From an uncultured Rickettsia sp. (GTDB taxonomy: Bacteria; Pseudomonadota; Alphaproteobacteria; Rickettsiales; JABSSG01), in the NCBI GenBank assembly GCA_964515755.1, contig CAZEVK010000003.1:13881-77880 (forward strand): 64,000 nt of DNA, in the 5' to 3' direction. The notes below the pieces were generated by a model. It was given only the letters and a program-made list of their open reading frames with translations. It did no database searches and had not been told where the DNA came from. Below are positions 48,037 through 59,400 of this stretch, one piece after another (position 1 is the first letter of the stretch; each line of letters begins with the position of its first letter). The translations under genes were made by a program, and so were the position numbers.

Positions 48037-49569
48037 TTGCTTTGAATATTCCTTACTAAGTAGTTTTACATCAACAATCCAAATTAATACTACAACAACA
48101 AAAATAGTCATTAATAATGTAGAAATTGTTAGATAGGTGGCTGTTGGTAATATGATAAATAGCATTGATTGTAATAAGGCAGCTCCTGATTTAGCAAATC
48201 TAGCACCTATTACATCCACAGCTGCTTTACCTTTAGATTTTAATTCATTATCTATTGGAATATAAGTCATTTCTTTTGTTGGGTCAAATAATGCATATTT
48301 AGTTGATTTACTTAATACATTTTGTGCTGTACCAAGAAACACTGCTATTAATAATGGGTCGAATATCATGAATGTTCCAAAATATGTAGTTGCAACCTTA
48401 TCAAATACTATGAAAATGAAAAATGCTATGCCAGTAATAAAAAAAGTTACTGGTGTTATTATAGCTGAAGTAAACCAGCTATATTTTTTAAGAATGCTAG
48501 CACCAACAAGTATAAATAGCATAGAAACACCGCCAGTCCATTGATTAACGCCAGCCATAAAATAAATATAGTCATCAGTTGATGGATAAAGCTTTCTTAC
48601 AGTAGCTTTCCATGGTCCTTCTAGCAAATTTACAGAGATTCCATAGCATAAAACTAATATAGCAATATATCCTAAATAACGCGATGACATGATGATCTTT
48701 AGACTTTCTAGTAAAGGCATTTTTTTATCTAGATTTTTGCTTTTGATTTGTTTTAAATATTTGAGATCAGTTATTACATTGCGATTTACATATTCAAATA
48801 ATAAAATTATGCATAGAGTTGATATAATTAAAGTCAACATCATCAATTGTACTAAAAAAATAGTATTTTCACTATATTGTGATTGTAGTATTGTACAAAG
48901 TTTTATTATTCCCCCAGCCGTAAATGTACCAAAGCTTCCAATAAACGCAAACATAGGATAAAATCTTTTTGCTTCTTTTGTTTGGATTACTTGATTAGCA
49001 AATTGCCAGAATAATAAACCATTCATTACGGTCCATAATTCCGCAATCATATAAAAGAAAGCATATAGCCATTTATTATATACTAAGAAAAACCATTTAA
49101 AATGTGATAAATTTATTTTACAAAAGCCCAAATCTAAGTTTTGTTTAATTAAGTCATTTATATATAGAGATTGCGGGTGAATTGCTACTTCATTAGGATA
49201 TAAAACAAATCCAAATAATAGGAAGAATAAAATAAAAAATCCTGCTATATAAAAATATATTTTTCTAAAGTTCCAAATATTAGTCATTTTGGCATAAATT
49301 AACACAAAAATGATTGCTGCTGGTACTACACAAAAAAACTTAATAAAGCTAATTGCTTCTGCTCCTATATTTGGAACAACAAGACTGTCCTTAAAGGAGC
49401 GAAGGGCATTGTAGTTATATAGAGTAAAGAAAAGCATCAGAGACATGGGCAGGAATTTTTTTAGCTCGTTTTTCTCAATTGGCCAAATAAATTCTTTCAG
49501 TGCGCCCATTATTATAAATATCATTATTAATAGGTATGTATGTCTAAAGGAAACTTTATTCTTGGTCAA
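48025..49569 (-). CDS. tlc: nucleotide transporter, Tlc/NTT (ATP:ADP antiporter) family, paralog 1
   Basis: ~500 aa, 12 TM. FIWPIEKNELKKFLPM, RSFKDSLVV, LFWQFANQ, EAKRFYPMF and KGKAAVDVIGARFAKSG match Rickettsia Tlc1 by eye. Start uncertain (TTG 49569, ATG 49524 or ATG 49509). Confidence 0.9.
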   Translation of the reverse strand: MTKNKVSFRHTYLLIMIFIIMGALKEFIWPIEKNELKKFLPMSLMLFFTLYNYNALRSFKDSLVVPNIGAEAISFIKFFCVVPAAIIFVLIYAKMTNIWNFRKIYFYIAGFFILFFLLFGFVLYPNEVAIHPQSLYINDLIKQNLDLGFCKINLSHFKWFFLVYNKWLYAFFYMIAELWTVMNGLLFWQFANQVIQTKEAKRFYPMFAFIGSFGTFTAGGIIKLCTILQSQYSENTIFLVQLMMLTLIISTLCIILLFEYVNRNVITDLKYLKQIKSKNLDKKMPLLESLKIIMSSRYLGYIAILVLCYGISVNLLEGPWKATVRKLYPSTDDYIYFMAGVNQWTGGVSMLFILVGASILKKYSWFTSAIITPVTFFITGIAFFIFIVFDKVATTYFGTFMIFDPLLIAVFLGTAQNVLSKSTKYALFDPTKEMTYIPIDNELKSKGKAAVDVIGARFAKSGAALLQSMLFIILPTATYLTISTLLMTIFVVVVLIWIVDVKLLSKEYSKQLNS

Positions 49570-49601
49570 GAACTAATTTCTCTCAGATTTAAAGAATAAA
49601 T

Positions 49602-51113
49602 TTAGATTGTTTTATTTTTTGAAAATAAAAGCTTTTTATAAGCCTTATTTAGGGCGCTTACATCAAAAAGCCATATAATTACGATTATTGTGAATATTAC
49701 CATTAGATATGGGGATATAGTAGTGAAAGTTGCTGCTGGAAAAATCATAAATATTAGGCTTTGAATAAAAGCACCACCAGATTTTGCAAGTCTTGCACCT
49801 ACTACATCTACAGCTGCTTTACCTTTAGATCTTATTTCTTCATCTGCTGGTATATATGCCATTTCTTTTGTAGAATCGAAGAATGAATATTTAGCTGATT
49901 TACTGAGAATATTTTGAGCAGCTCCAAGCATAACTGCCATTAATAATGGATCAAATATTAAAAATTGATTTATAAAGTTGGCTGTTGAGCTATCAAAAAC
50001 TATAAAAATGAAAAAGCCTAATCCAGTTACCATTATCATAATGGGAGTTATAATAGCTGCTGGAAGCCATCCATAAACTCTAAGTATATTTACACTTATA
50101 ATAGTGAATAATATTGTAAAAGCTCCGTTCAACTGGATAACATGACCCATGAAGTAAGTATAATCTCTGGTATTAGGATATAGTTCACTTATTTTAGCTC
50201 TCCAAGGCCCTTCAACTAAATTTATTGAAATACCATACGCAAAAATTAGTACAACTATAAAACCAAGATATTTTGAGGAAAAGATATACTTCAGTCCTTC
50301 AATAAGAGGTAATTTAGGTCTGATATTTTCAGATTGCTTAGCTTTTCCAGCATAGTAAGATTTAGTAATAACACAGTTATTAATATATTTGAAAGTAAGT
50401 GTAGAGCATACTAAAGCAAAGCTTGCAAGAAGCATGAATACTACTATTAGCCCATTGTTTCCATCTCCAAAAAATTCTGTATGGCCATGGGAATAATATT
50501 TTATCAATCCTCCTGATATAACTGGTCCTATATGGCCAATTAAAGCAAACATAGGATAAAATCTTTTTGATTCTTCTGTGCTCGTAGTTTGGTTAGCAAA
50601 TTGCCAAAATAGTAAAAAGATCATTGCTGATCCCCAAAGTTCTGCAACTATATAAAATAGTGCAAAAGGCCATTTTCCAAAAATTAGCACAAACCATTTA
50701 AAATGTTTCATGTGAATAGTAAATATTCCTAAGTCTACAGAAGAATGAATTAAGTTTGTTATTGTAGCAGGATTGGGATTTACTAAATCTAGGTTTGGAT
50801 ATAAAAAGAAAGCGAAAATTAAAAAAAACGATAGAAAAAAGAATGATATAAAATAAAATATTCTCTGAAAAGATAGTATACTGGTAAGTTTAGCATAGAT
50901 TATAGCGAATAAGATTGCAGAAGGTACAACAAAATATAATTTTATAAAGCTAATAGATTCAGCTCCAATATTAGGAACTACAAGGCTGTCTTTAAATGAT
51001 CTTAAAACATTATAATTAAAAAGAATAAAAAAAAGCATTAATGCCATCGGAATAAATTTTCCTAATTCCTTTTTCTTAATTGGCCAAAAGATTTCCCTTA
51101 ATTTTAATAACAC
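49602..51113 (-). CDS. tlc: nucleotide transporter, Tlc/NTT family, paralog 2
   Basis: 503 aa, GTG start 1 nt after the pntB stop. Same family motifs (IFWPIKKKELGKFIPM, LFWQFANQ, SKRFYPMF, KGKAAVDVVGARLAKSG). Clearly diverged from paralog 1. Confidence 0.9.
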   Translation of the reverse strand: MLLKLREIFWPIKKKELGKFIPMALMLFFILFNYNVLRSFKDSLVVPNIGAESISFIKLYFVVPSAILFAIIYAKLTSILSFQRIFYFISFFFLSFFLIFAFFLYPNLDLVNPNPATITNLIHSSVDLGIFTIHMKHFKWFVLIFGKWPFALFYIVAELWGSAMIFLLFWQFANQTTSTEESKRFYPMFALIGHIGPVISGGLIKYYSHGHTEFFGDGNNGLIVVFMLLASFALVCSTLTFKYINNCVITKSYYAGKAKQSENIRPKLPLIEGLKYIFSSKYLGFIVVLIFAYGISINLVEGPWRAKISELYPNTRDYTYFMGHVIQLNGAFTILFTIISVNILRVYGWLPAAIITPIMIMVTGLGFFIFIVFDSSTANFINQFLIFDPLLMAVMLGAAQNILSKSAKYSFFDSTKEMAYIPADEEIRSKGKAAVDVVGARLAKSGGAFIQSLIFMIFPAATFTTISPYLMVIFTIIVIIWLFDVSALNKAYKKLLFSKNKTI

Positions 51114-51114
51114 T

Positions 51115-52512
51115 TTATAGTTTTTCTAACTCCTTTACTATATTTTCAGTCATTTTTTTAGCATCTCCAAATAACATAAATGTATTATCTCTAAAAAACA
51201 ATGCATTTTCGACACCAGCATAACCTGCGGCCATGCCTCTTTTAACAAATAATACAGTTTTAGCATGTTCAACATCTAAGATTGGCATACCAAAAATTGG
51301 ACTTGATTTATCTGTTTTAGCTGCTGGATTGGTTACGTCGTTTGCACCAATAACGAAGGCTATATCTGTAGTGCCAAATTCTCTATTTATATCTTCTAAT
51401 TCAAATACTTTACTATAATCAATTCCTGCTTCAGCAAGTAATACGTTCATATGACCTGGCATGCGTCCAGCTACAGGGTGAATAGCATAACGAACTTTAA
51501 CGCCGTGATTCTCTAATAATATTTCCATATCTTTAACTGCATGTTGTGCATGCGCTACTGCCATACCATAACCTGGAACTATAATAACAGAGGAAGCGTT
51601 GTTTAAAAGAAATGCAGCATCTTCAGGGTTGCTTTGTTTTGCAATTTTACCATCTGTACTTTCTTGTTCGGCTTTTGCGTCTTCAGTCTTGAAAGTACCA
51701 AAAATTATATTAAAAATTGATCTGTTCATAGCTTTACACATAACGTAACTAAGTATAGCGCCACTTGCACCTACTAAAGCACCAGTTATTATAAGTAGGC
51801 TATTTGTTAGCGTAAAGCCTATGCCAGCTGCAGCCCAACCAGAATAAGAGTTAAGCATGGAAATTACTACAGGCATGTCAGCTCCACCAATAGGTATTAT
51901 TAACAGTACACCTAGCAAGGCGGAAAGAAGTATGATGAGAACAAACGCAAGACATGATTCTGATGTGCAGAATATAATAGCTAATGCAACTATTATTAGT
52001 GTTACAGTTATATTAATTGATTTATGCATTTTTAATTTAATTGGTCTTCCAGACATTAATTCGTGTAATTTAGCAAAAGCTATTATTGAACCAGTAAAAG
52101 TTATGGCGCCTATTGATGCTCCAAGCACCATTTCAATTAGGTTTGATAATTTTAAGTGACCACTTAAACCAAGCCCATAGCTTTGAGGATCAGTTAAAGC
52201 GCTCAGCGCTATAAGAGTTGCAGCTAATCCTACTAATGAGTGAAATCCAGCAACTAGTTGTGGCATTTCAGTCATTTTTACTTTTTTAGCAATAAATCCT
52301 CCAATAATACCGCCGATAGCAATTCCAAAAATAATAATTAATTTGCTGCTAGTCGTTGGATTTATAATGGTTGCTAGAATTGCAAGAGCCATCGCAATAA
52401 TTCCATAAAAATTACCTAATCTTGCTGTTTGTGGTGATGATAAGCCCTTTAAAGACAGTATAAAAAGTACTGCTGAAATTAAATAGATAAAAGAAATAAG
52501 GTTAGCTGTCAT
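51115..52512 (-). CDS. pntB: NAD(P) transhydrogenase subunit beta
   Basis: 465 aa. Polytopic N-half and an NADP(H)-binding dIII C-half ([22 protein letters not shown]). Confidence 0.95.
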   Translation of the reverse strand: MTANLISFIYLISAVLFILSLKGLSSPQTARLGNFYGIIAMALAILATIINPTTSSKLIIIFGIAIGGIIGGFIAKKVKMTEMPQLVAGFHSLVGLAATLIALSALTDPQSYGLGLSGHLKLSNLIEMVLGASIGAITFTGSIIAFAKLHELMSGRPIKLKMHKSINITVTLIIVALAIIFCTSESCLAFVLIILLSALLGVLLIIPIGGADMPVVISMLNSYSGWAAAGIGFTLTNSLLIITGALVGASGAILSYVMCKAMNRSIFNIIFGTFKTEDAKAEQESTDGKIAKQSNPEDAAFLLNNASSVIIVPGYGMAVAHAQHAVKDMEILLENHGVKVRYAIHPVAGRMPGHMNVLLAEAGIDYSKVFELEDINREFGTTDIAFVIGANDVTNPAAKTDKSSPIFGMPILDVEHAKTVLFVKRGMAAGYAGVENALFFRDNTFMLFGDAKKMTENIVKELEKL

Positions 52513-52513
52513 A

Positions 52514-52909
52514 TTATTTTTTCTTAAACATTTCTAACATTCTATTGGTTACAATAAATCCACCAAAAATATTTATTGAGGCAATAATTACTGCAATTAA
52601 TCCTAGAAACTGACTAAATCCGAAACCTTCAGGCCCCACGGCGATCATTGCGCCAATAATAATAATACCAGATATTGCGTTAGTTACTGACATTAGAGGA
52701 GTATGAAGTGCTGGAGTTACCTTCCATACTACATAATATCCTATAAAACAGGATAGAATGAAAATTGTTAAGGCAAAAATAAAAGGATCTATCTCTGAAT
52801 TTCCAACATTCGATTGAGTTGCTATTAGTTGATTAATTTTTTCTGATAGTTTGTAAGCTTCATCTGAGACGAGTTGTGCTTGTTTAACTATGTTAGTATC
52901 ACTGCTCAT
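52514..52909 (-). CDS. pntAB: NAD(P) transhydrogenase subunit alpha part 2 (membrane)
   Basis: 131 aa, with the C-terminal 3-4 TM segment typical of the split alpha subunit. Sits between pntAA and pntB. Confidence 0.88.
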   Translation of the reverse strand: MSSDTNIVKQAQLVSDEAYKLSEKINQLIATQSNVGNSEIDPFIFALTIFILSCFIGYYVVWKVTPALHTPLMSVTNAISGIIIIGAMIAVGPEGFGFSQFLGLIAVIIASINIFGGFIVTNRMLEMFKKK

Positions 52910-52914
52910 AATGT

Positions 52915-54063
52915 TTATTTTAAAGTAGTCTTATTAACTGTTTTACTACCATATGTAATAATACATGAGTTTATAATTTCGTCATCAAAATTTAAATTTA
53001 TTTTTTTATTTTCTTTATCATAAAGCAAAGTAACGAAGTTTAGTAAGTTACGTGCATAAAGTTTGCTTGCATCTGAAGGAATACGAGATGGATAATTAGT
53101 GTACCCTATAATTTTTACACCATTATGTTCTGTGATATCATTAGGCACCGTAAGTGCACAATTACCACCATTTACAGCTGCTATATCTACTATAATTGAG
53201 CCTGGATTCATGCTTTTTACCATTTCAGCAGTAATAAGTTTTGGCGCTTCTTTACCTGGAATAAGAGCAGTAGTGATTATTATATTTTGTTTTTTAATGG
53301 TTTCTGCGATTAAATCAGCTTGTTTTTTCTTATATTCAGCACTTACTTCTTGGGCATATCCACTTTTATTTTCCAGAGTTTGTTGTGATTCTGTTTTTAC
53401 TTCAATAAATGTTGCCCCTAGGCTTTCTACTTGTTCTTTTGCTGCAGTACGAATGTCAAATGCGGACACTATTGCTCCTAAGCGTTTTGCTGTAGCTATA
53501 GCTTGTAGCCCAGCAACTCCTGCTCCTATTACTAATATTCTAGCAGGCGATGCTGTTCCTGCCGCAGTCATCATCATAGGAAAAACTTTATCATATTCGT
53601 ATGCAGCATCAATTACAGCACGATATCCTGAAAGATTACTTTGCGAAGATAGCACATCCATAGATTGTGCGCGAGTTATTCTTGGCAACAGCTCTAAAGA
53701 AAATGAAGTGATATTTTTTTTGTTATATTCTTCAAAAAGTTCCTTATTATTATAGGGTGATAACATCCCTATAACTAATGCACCTTTTTTTAAAAATGCG
53801 GTTTCATCTTCTTTTGCGCTCTTTGTTTTTGGAGAATACTGAACTTTTAAAACTATATCAGCATCTTTCACTGTATCTACAATATCTTTTGTAATTTTAG
53901 CGCCAGCTTCTTTGTAATGCTGATCATTTATACCAGCTAAGATTCCGGCATTAGTTTCAATAAATACATCAAAACCTAGAGATATCAAAGACTTTACAGT
54001 ATCTATTGATACCGCTACTCTTTTTTCATGATTCATCCTTTCCTTTAAGACGGCAATCTTCAT
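52915..54063 (-). CDS. pntAA: NAD(P) transhydrogenase subunit alpha part 1 (dI, NAD(H)-binding)
   Basis: 382 aa. Alanine dehydrogenase/PNT fold, Rossmann motif [20 protein letters not shown]. Confidence 0.93.
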   Translation of the reverse strand: MKIAVLKERMNHEKRVAVSIDTVKSLISLGFDVFIETNAGILAGINDQHYKEAGAKITKDIVDTVKDADIVLKVQYSPKTKSAKEDETAFLKKGALVIGMLSPYNNKELFEEYNKKNITSFSLELLPRITRAQSMDVLSSQSNLSGYRAVIDAAYEYDKVFPMMMTAAGTASPARILVIGAGVAGLQAIATAKRLGAIVSAFDIRTAAKEQVESLGATFIEVKTESQQTLENKSGYAQEVSAEYKKKQADLIAETIKKQNIIITTALIPGKEAPKLITAEMVKSMNPGSIIVDIAAVNGGNCALTVPNDITEHNGVKIIGYTNYPSRIPSDASKLYARNLLNFVTLLYDKENKKINLNFDDEIINSCIITYGSKTVNKTTLK

Positions 54064-54205
54064 TTCTGATAATTTAACTACATTAGAATTTCAATGATTG
54101 CACGATAATATACTTTGCGTAATCTTTTTTGCAAGCAAATATTTGTATATGCAGAAATCTATTGCCATTTATAAAATTCTTGCTAATAGTAGTAGAGTGA
54201 TCTGA

Positions 54206-54282
<77 letters not shown>

Positions 54283-54283
54283 T

Positions 54284-55060
54284 TTATTTAGTTCCCCATA
54301 ATGTTATAATTTCGAAATTAACAATTATTTTATTATTTTTACCATATTGTTTTTTATATAAGAGTTCTGCGAGCTCAAGAGTTTTATTTGACAATATTGA
54401 TGGGTTAACAAGGCAATTTGATTGTGCCATTCCTCTTAAGTCCAGAAATAACTTTATAAGGTTAGGGTATGAAACTGTTACAGTTGTACTATCCGTAATC
54501 GGGTTTAAGAATTTTGTTCTTTGTAATAGCGAGGAAGCATCTATTGCATCAATCATTGGGGATATATGTGATGATATTCTATGGCCTAGTTTTTCTTCTG
54601 CTTCAATCAATACTTTACGTAACTCTATTAAGCTTTTTCCACCAATAATTGACGCTGTGAAAACAGCTTTTGGCTTAAGAATTCTATTTATTTGTAGCAT
54701 TGTACCAGGCAAATCATTTACCCAATGTAAATTTAAATTACTGATGATCAAATCAAAACTATTATCAGCAAAAGGTAAGAATTCTTCATCTACTTGTACT
54801 CTTTGACCATCAGTTTTTTGCAACATTTTGTATGAAATATCAGTTTGTACTAATTGCTTAATTTTAAGATTTGATTTTATTTTTGAAAACCTACCATCAT
54901 AGCAGCCAAGATCTAAAGCAGTTTCGTAATTTTGACTATGATCATTTATTCTTTCAACTAAATCCTCAAGTGTGTGAGATAGTAAAAAATTATGTTGATT
55001 GAGTTTTTTTGAAGCTCTATCTCGATGTAGTTTATGCGCAAATCTATTAAATATTATCAT
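54284..55060 (-). CDS. class I SAM-dependent methyltransferase (Methyltransf_11, BioC/NDUFAF5-like)
   Basis: SAM motif I (ALDLGCYDG) and motif post-I/II (DLIISNLNLHWVNDL). N-terminus FNRFAHKLHRDRA resembles NDUFAF5-type proteins. ATG 55060 preferred; longest ORF starts at 55093. Confidence 0.75.
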   Translation of the reverse strand: MIIFNRFAHKLHRDRASKKLNQHNFLLSHTLEDLVERINDHSQNYETALDLGCYDGRFSKIKSNLKIKQLVQTDISYKMLQKTDGQRVQVDEEFLPFADNSFDLIISNLNLHWVNDLPGTMLQINRILKPKAVFTASIIGGKSLIELRKVLIEAEEKLGHRISSHISPMIDAIDASSLLQRTKFLNPITDSTTVTVSYPNLIKLFLDLRGMAQSNCLVNPSILSNKTLELAELLYKKQYGKNNKIIVNFEIITLWGTK

Positions 55061-55061
55061 T

Positions 55062-55823
55062 TTATTTTCTGGTAAAAACATATTGGCTTTCATTTGAAAG
55101 TGACTGGTTAAATTTATATTTACTTTCTACAAATGACTTTAATAATTCTGGTTTTGTGATTTTATTTTTAATAATAAAGTTAGCCATCAATCCTCTAGCC
55201 TTTTTTGAAAATAAACCAATAATTTTATAATTATCATTTTTCTCTTCTTTAAATATAATATCAATTTTTTCTAAAGTTAATTTACTATGATTTATTGAAT
55301 CAAAGTACTCAGCTGAAGCAAGATTAATTAAGTACTTGTTATCGTTTGCCAGGCTATTGAGTTCGCTAGTGATTTTATCGCCCCAGAATTGATATAAATT
55401 ATTATAATTTGCTATCTTTAATTTTATACCCATTTCTAAACGATAAGGCTGAATAAGGTCTAAAGGTCTAATTAAACCATACAATCCCGATAAAATACGT
55501 AAATGTTTTTGAGCAAAATCAAAATCATTATTATCATAATGTTCTAAGTTGATACCTTCATATACATCACCTTTAAAACTAAGAATAGCTGGTTTAGAAT
55601 TATCTTTAGTAAATTTAGTTTCGAATTGTTGATAACGATCAAAATTTAGTTTTGCTAAGTTATCACTGATTTTCATTAAAGTTCTTAATTCTTGTATTGA
55701 TATTTTTTTTAATGAGTTAATAAGTTCTATGATTTCGTTATGAAACTTTGATTTACTACATATAAAATTATACTTTGCTAGGCTAAAATCTTGTGTTTTT
55801 GACGGAGATATTACTACAATCAT
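55062..55823 (-). CDS. yaaA: peroxide stress protein YaaA (DUF328/UPF0246)
   Basis: 253 aa. MIVVISPSKTQDF N-terminus, and the GDVYEG and RILSGLYGLIRPLD motifs. Confidence 0.85.
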   Translation of the reverse strand: MIVVISPSKTQDFSLAKYNFICSKSKFHNEIIELINSLKKISIQELRTLMKISDNLAKLNFDRYQQFETKFTKDNSKPAILSFKGDVYEGINLEHYDNNDFDFAQKHLRILSGLYGLIRPLDLIQPYRLEMGIKLKIANYNNLYQFWGDKITSELNSLANDNKYLINLASAEYFDSINHSKLTLEKIDIIFKEEKNDNYKIIGLFSKKARGLMANFIIKNKITKPELLKSFVESKYKFNQSLSNESQYVFTRK

Positions 55824-55958
55824 ACTTTTTTCTTTGGAATGCTTTTTATGAAGTATTAAATCAATAAATAACTACTTATTCAATCTAAATATTATGAGTA
55901 GATTTACATTATTAATATGTATAGCTATTATATCTATAAATTGAAATGTGGTTATATC

Positions 55959-56435
55959 ATGAAAAAATTATATCTGCTCAGACATGCTGCTTCTCAATTT
56001 ATTCATCCTGCAGCTGATTGCAATAAAGAAATTAGTTCTAAAGGAATTGAGGAGCTAGAATGGCTTACTGCAATTTTATCAAAGTATAATTTTTCTGTTA
56101 ATATTGTGCTTTGCTCTACTGCTACGAGGACTAAGCAAACTTGGAAATATATTAGCGAAAAATTATCTTTAGACTCTGAAGAGGAATTTTTAGACGCTTT
56201 GTACAATACATCAACTGAAGTTATGTTAGAATTAATATCCAATCTTAGTGCTCAATATGATTCAGCTATTATCATTTCTCATAATCCGACTATTAGTGAA
56301 TTTGCTAATAATTTACTGCATAATCACCTTGGTATTTTAAATTTTGGAACTGCAAATATTGCATGTATTAATTTTAATGTCAGAAAATGGCAAGAAATCA
56401 CTAATGATCCTGGAAAACTTGAATGGTTTGTATAA
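55959..56435 (+). CDS. sixA: histidine phosphatase superfamily protein, SixA-like
   Basis: MKKLYLLRHAAS (RHx catalytic motif) and IISHNPTIS. ATG 55959 preferred over 55917. Confidence 0.7.
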   Translation: MKKLYLLRHAASQFIHPAADCNKEISSKGIEELEWLTAILSKYNFSVNIVLCSTATRTKQTWKYISEKLSLDSEEEFLDALYNTSTEVMLELISNLSAQYDSAIIISHNPTISEFANNLLHNHLGILNFGTANIACINFNVRKWQEITNDPGKLEWFV

Positions 56436-56442
56436 ATAAATA

Positions 56443-59400
56443 ATGAATAGTTCAGAAATATCTTCTAATCCTTTGTATAATATATGGATTTCTGCATCCG
56501 CAGGTTCAGGAAAGACAAAATTATTAACCGACCGAGTTTTGAGGCTGTTATTATCAGGGGTTACTCCATCAAAAATTCTTTGTTTAACGTATACAAAAGC
56601 TGCAGCTTCTGAAATGATGCAGCGAGTTAGCGATGAGCTTAGTAAGTGGGCTATTATAGATAATTCTAACTTAGAAGAACAAATAAGATTGATTACTGGT
56701 TCTATACCAAGCCAAGCTCAGATAAAATTCGCAAGAACCTTATTAATTAGGGTTATTGATAATACTCAGCCCATGAAGATCCAAACTATTCATTCATTCT
56801 GCCAATCTATAATTGCAAAATTTCCTATTGAATCTGGTATTAATCTTGAAACTAGAATTATTGATAATTACCAAAGACAAGTTTTATTAGAACAAGCCAA
56901 GTTGTCATTGTTAAGAAATTATGATTTACATTCATTTGAGGGTAGCAATCTTGATCCATTGCTTAAAAATATTCATGAATTTAGTTTTCATTCACTTATA
57001 GAAAATGCTAATTTATATAGACATAAGCTTGTTAACGTCTTTCATGAAAGTAGCATTTTCAGTTATGTTTATAATAAGCTATCAATAGATAGTAATCTAT
57101 CAACTGATAAAATTTTTGATAATTTTTTTTGTTCTTATAAGTTAATAATTTCTCGTCATAAAAATTCAATTGATTTGTGTTTGTCAGAAAATCAAGAAAG
57201 CTTTTTATTAAATTTACTTGCAATTGCTGAGTCTGATTCTAGTGAAAAACAATTTCTCTTTTCACAGATTTATAATATTTTCTATACATTAAATAACTCG
57301 CCTCGTAAAAAGTTATTAAATATGGAGGTAACAAAGAATTATAACCTTAGAAACTTTATTTCAGAAGTTCGTGATTTAATAGCTAGTTATTTAGAATTGC
57401 ATAATTCTTACAAAATTGCTGAAAATACTTCTAGTTTTATATATTTAGCCTCTTTAATTAGTTATTATTACGAAAATCTTAAGCAAGCAAATTCTTTTTT
57501 AGATTATGATGATCTTATAAACATTACGCTTAAATTGCTAAATTCAGACGAATTATTACAATGGGTAATGCTGAAATTAGACAATAAGATAGAGCATATT
57601 TTACTGGATGAAAGTCAGGATATTAGCTTAGAGCAATGGGAGATTATCACTACATTAACTGATAACTTTTTTTGTGAATTAGGTTCTGAAGGTAAACCAC
57701 GTACTATATTTTCTGTTGGAGATCACAAACAATCCATTTTTAGTTTTCAAGGTGCTGATCCAAAATTATTTAATAGTATTAAGAATCAATATTATGCATA
57801 TATTAATAATTTTGATGCAAAGTTTTATACAATAACTTTGAATAAATCTTTTCGTTCTGGTACCGCAATTTTGCAGGCGGTGGATTCTACATTTAATAGT
57901 TTGGTACACAAGGATCCTGAAGCATTTATTGAGAATATTAGTCAACATATTGCGCATAAAAAAGAATTATATAGTAGGGTAGAGTTGTGGCCTGCAGTTT
58001 TATACAAGCGTAATGAAATAAATGAAAATTATGATTGGTATATAAATAATGATAGAATCGAGATTTACGATCCCGCAAAAATCCTTGCTAAAGTTTTAGC
58101 TAATGAAATTAAGTCATGGTTAGATAATTCAGCATCTATGCAGCCAGGAGATGTTCTTATTCTCATTCGTAAACGCGATAAATTTACCGAATATTTAATT
58201 CGATCCTTAAAATATAATAATATACCTGTTAGTGGTTTAGATAGAGTTAAACTTAGTGAGAATATAGTTGTAAAAGATTTAATTGCATTTGGAAATTTTA
58301 TTTTACTGCCTTATGACGACTACAATCTTGGAACATTGCTTAAATCTCCAGTAATTAATTTGAATGAAGATCAGTTATTTAAATTATCTCAAAGATCAGG
58401 ATTATCTTTGTGGCAGAGCTTAAAAGAGCTTTCTCTAAATGATGAGAGGTTACTTAATATATATAGTTTTTTAAATGAGTTTCTTTGTCGAAATGACCTG
58501 CAAATTTATAATCTATTCAATAATCTTTTAGATGTAAAGAAAATACGCCAGAATATTGTTGCTAGGTTTGGTACACAAATCAATGAGGTGTTGGAAGAGT
58601 TTTTAAGTATTTGCTTGGAATATGAGCAAACAGAAACTACGTCATTACAACATTTTATCAATTGGTTTTCTTCAAGTGATATTGAGGTGAAGAGAGAGAT
58701 TGATAATAGAGAGAATTTAGTAAGGATCATGACAGTACATGGATCAAAAGGTTTGCAAGCCAAGGTAGTTATTCTCGCCGACACCCTTAGTATTCCTGGA
58801 AGTATAAATCAAGTTATTTGGTCTGATAAATTTAATTTGCCTTTATATAATGGCAATTCGCAAAATAACAATCAACTTTACAATGACACGCGACTTTATT
58901 TAGAGAAAAAGTCATTGCAAGAATATTATAGACTATTGTATGTAGCTATGACTAGAGCTCAAGAAAGATTGATTGTTTGTGGTTGGAGTATGGGTACAAA
59001 TATAAATGATAAATCATGGTACAGTATAATTAAATCCGGACTAGAAAGCATAGGTCGTACTGAAGTTTGTAATTATTTGGGTGGTTATGAAATTATAAAT
59101 GATGATAAAGCAAAGAACTCTAGTTATATTTATTCAAACAGTTCAGAAAAAATAATATTGGGAGATGAATTAGTAAATATTCCTAAAAGAAAATTAGAAG
59201 AAGTAAATAGCATAGGATGTATATTACCTAATTTTATTTTTAAAAAGCCGTCGTGCTTACCAATAAGGAAATTTTTGTCTGTAACAAGTTCTATTTCAAG
59301 TAATTTTATAAATTCTCCTGTCTTAGAAAATTCCTATATTCATTTAGGAATATTGATTCATAAAATCTTAGAGATTGCCACTGGAAGCAATGATAGCTTA

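Noticed and set aside
53099-53755. 218-aa ORF on the plus strand, surprisingly long for an AT-rich genome.
   Set aside because: It lies entirely antisense to the well-supported pntAA gene. Its low-complexity Ala/Ser/Ile-rich translation has no motifs. This is the typical shadow frame of a strongly codon-biased gene.
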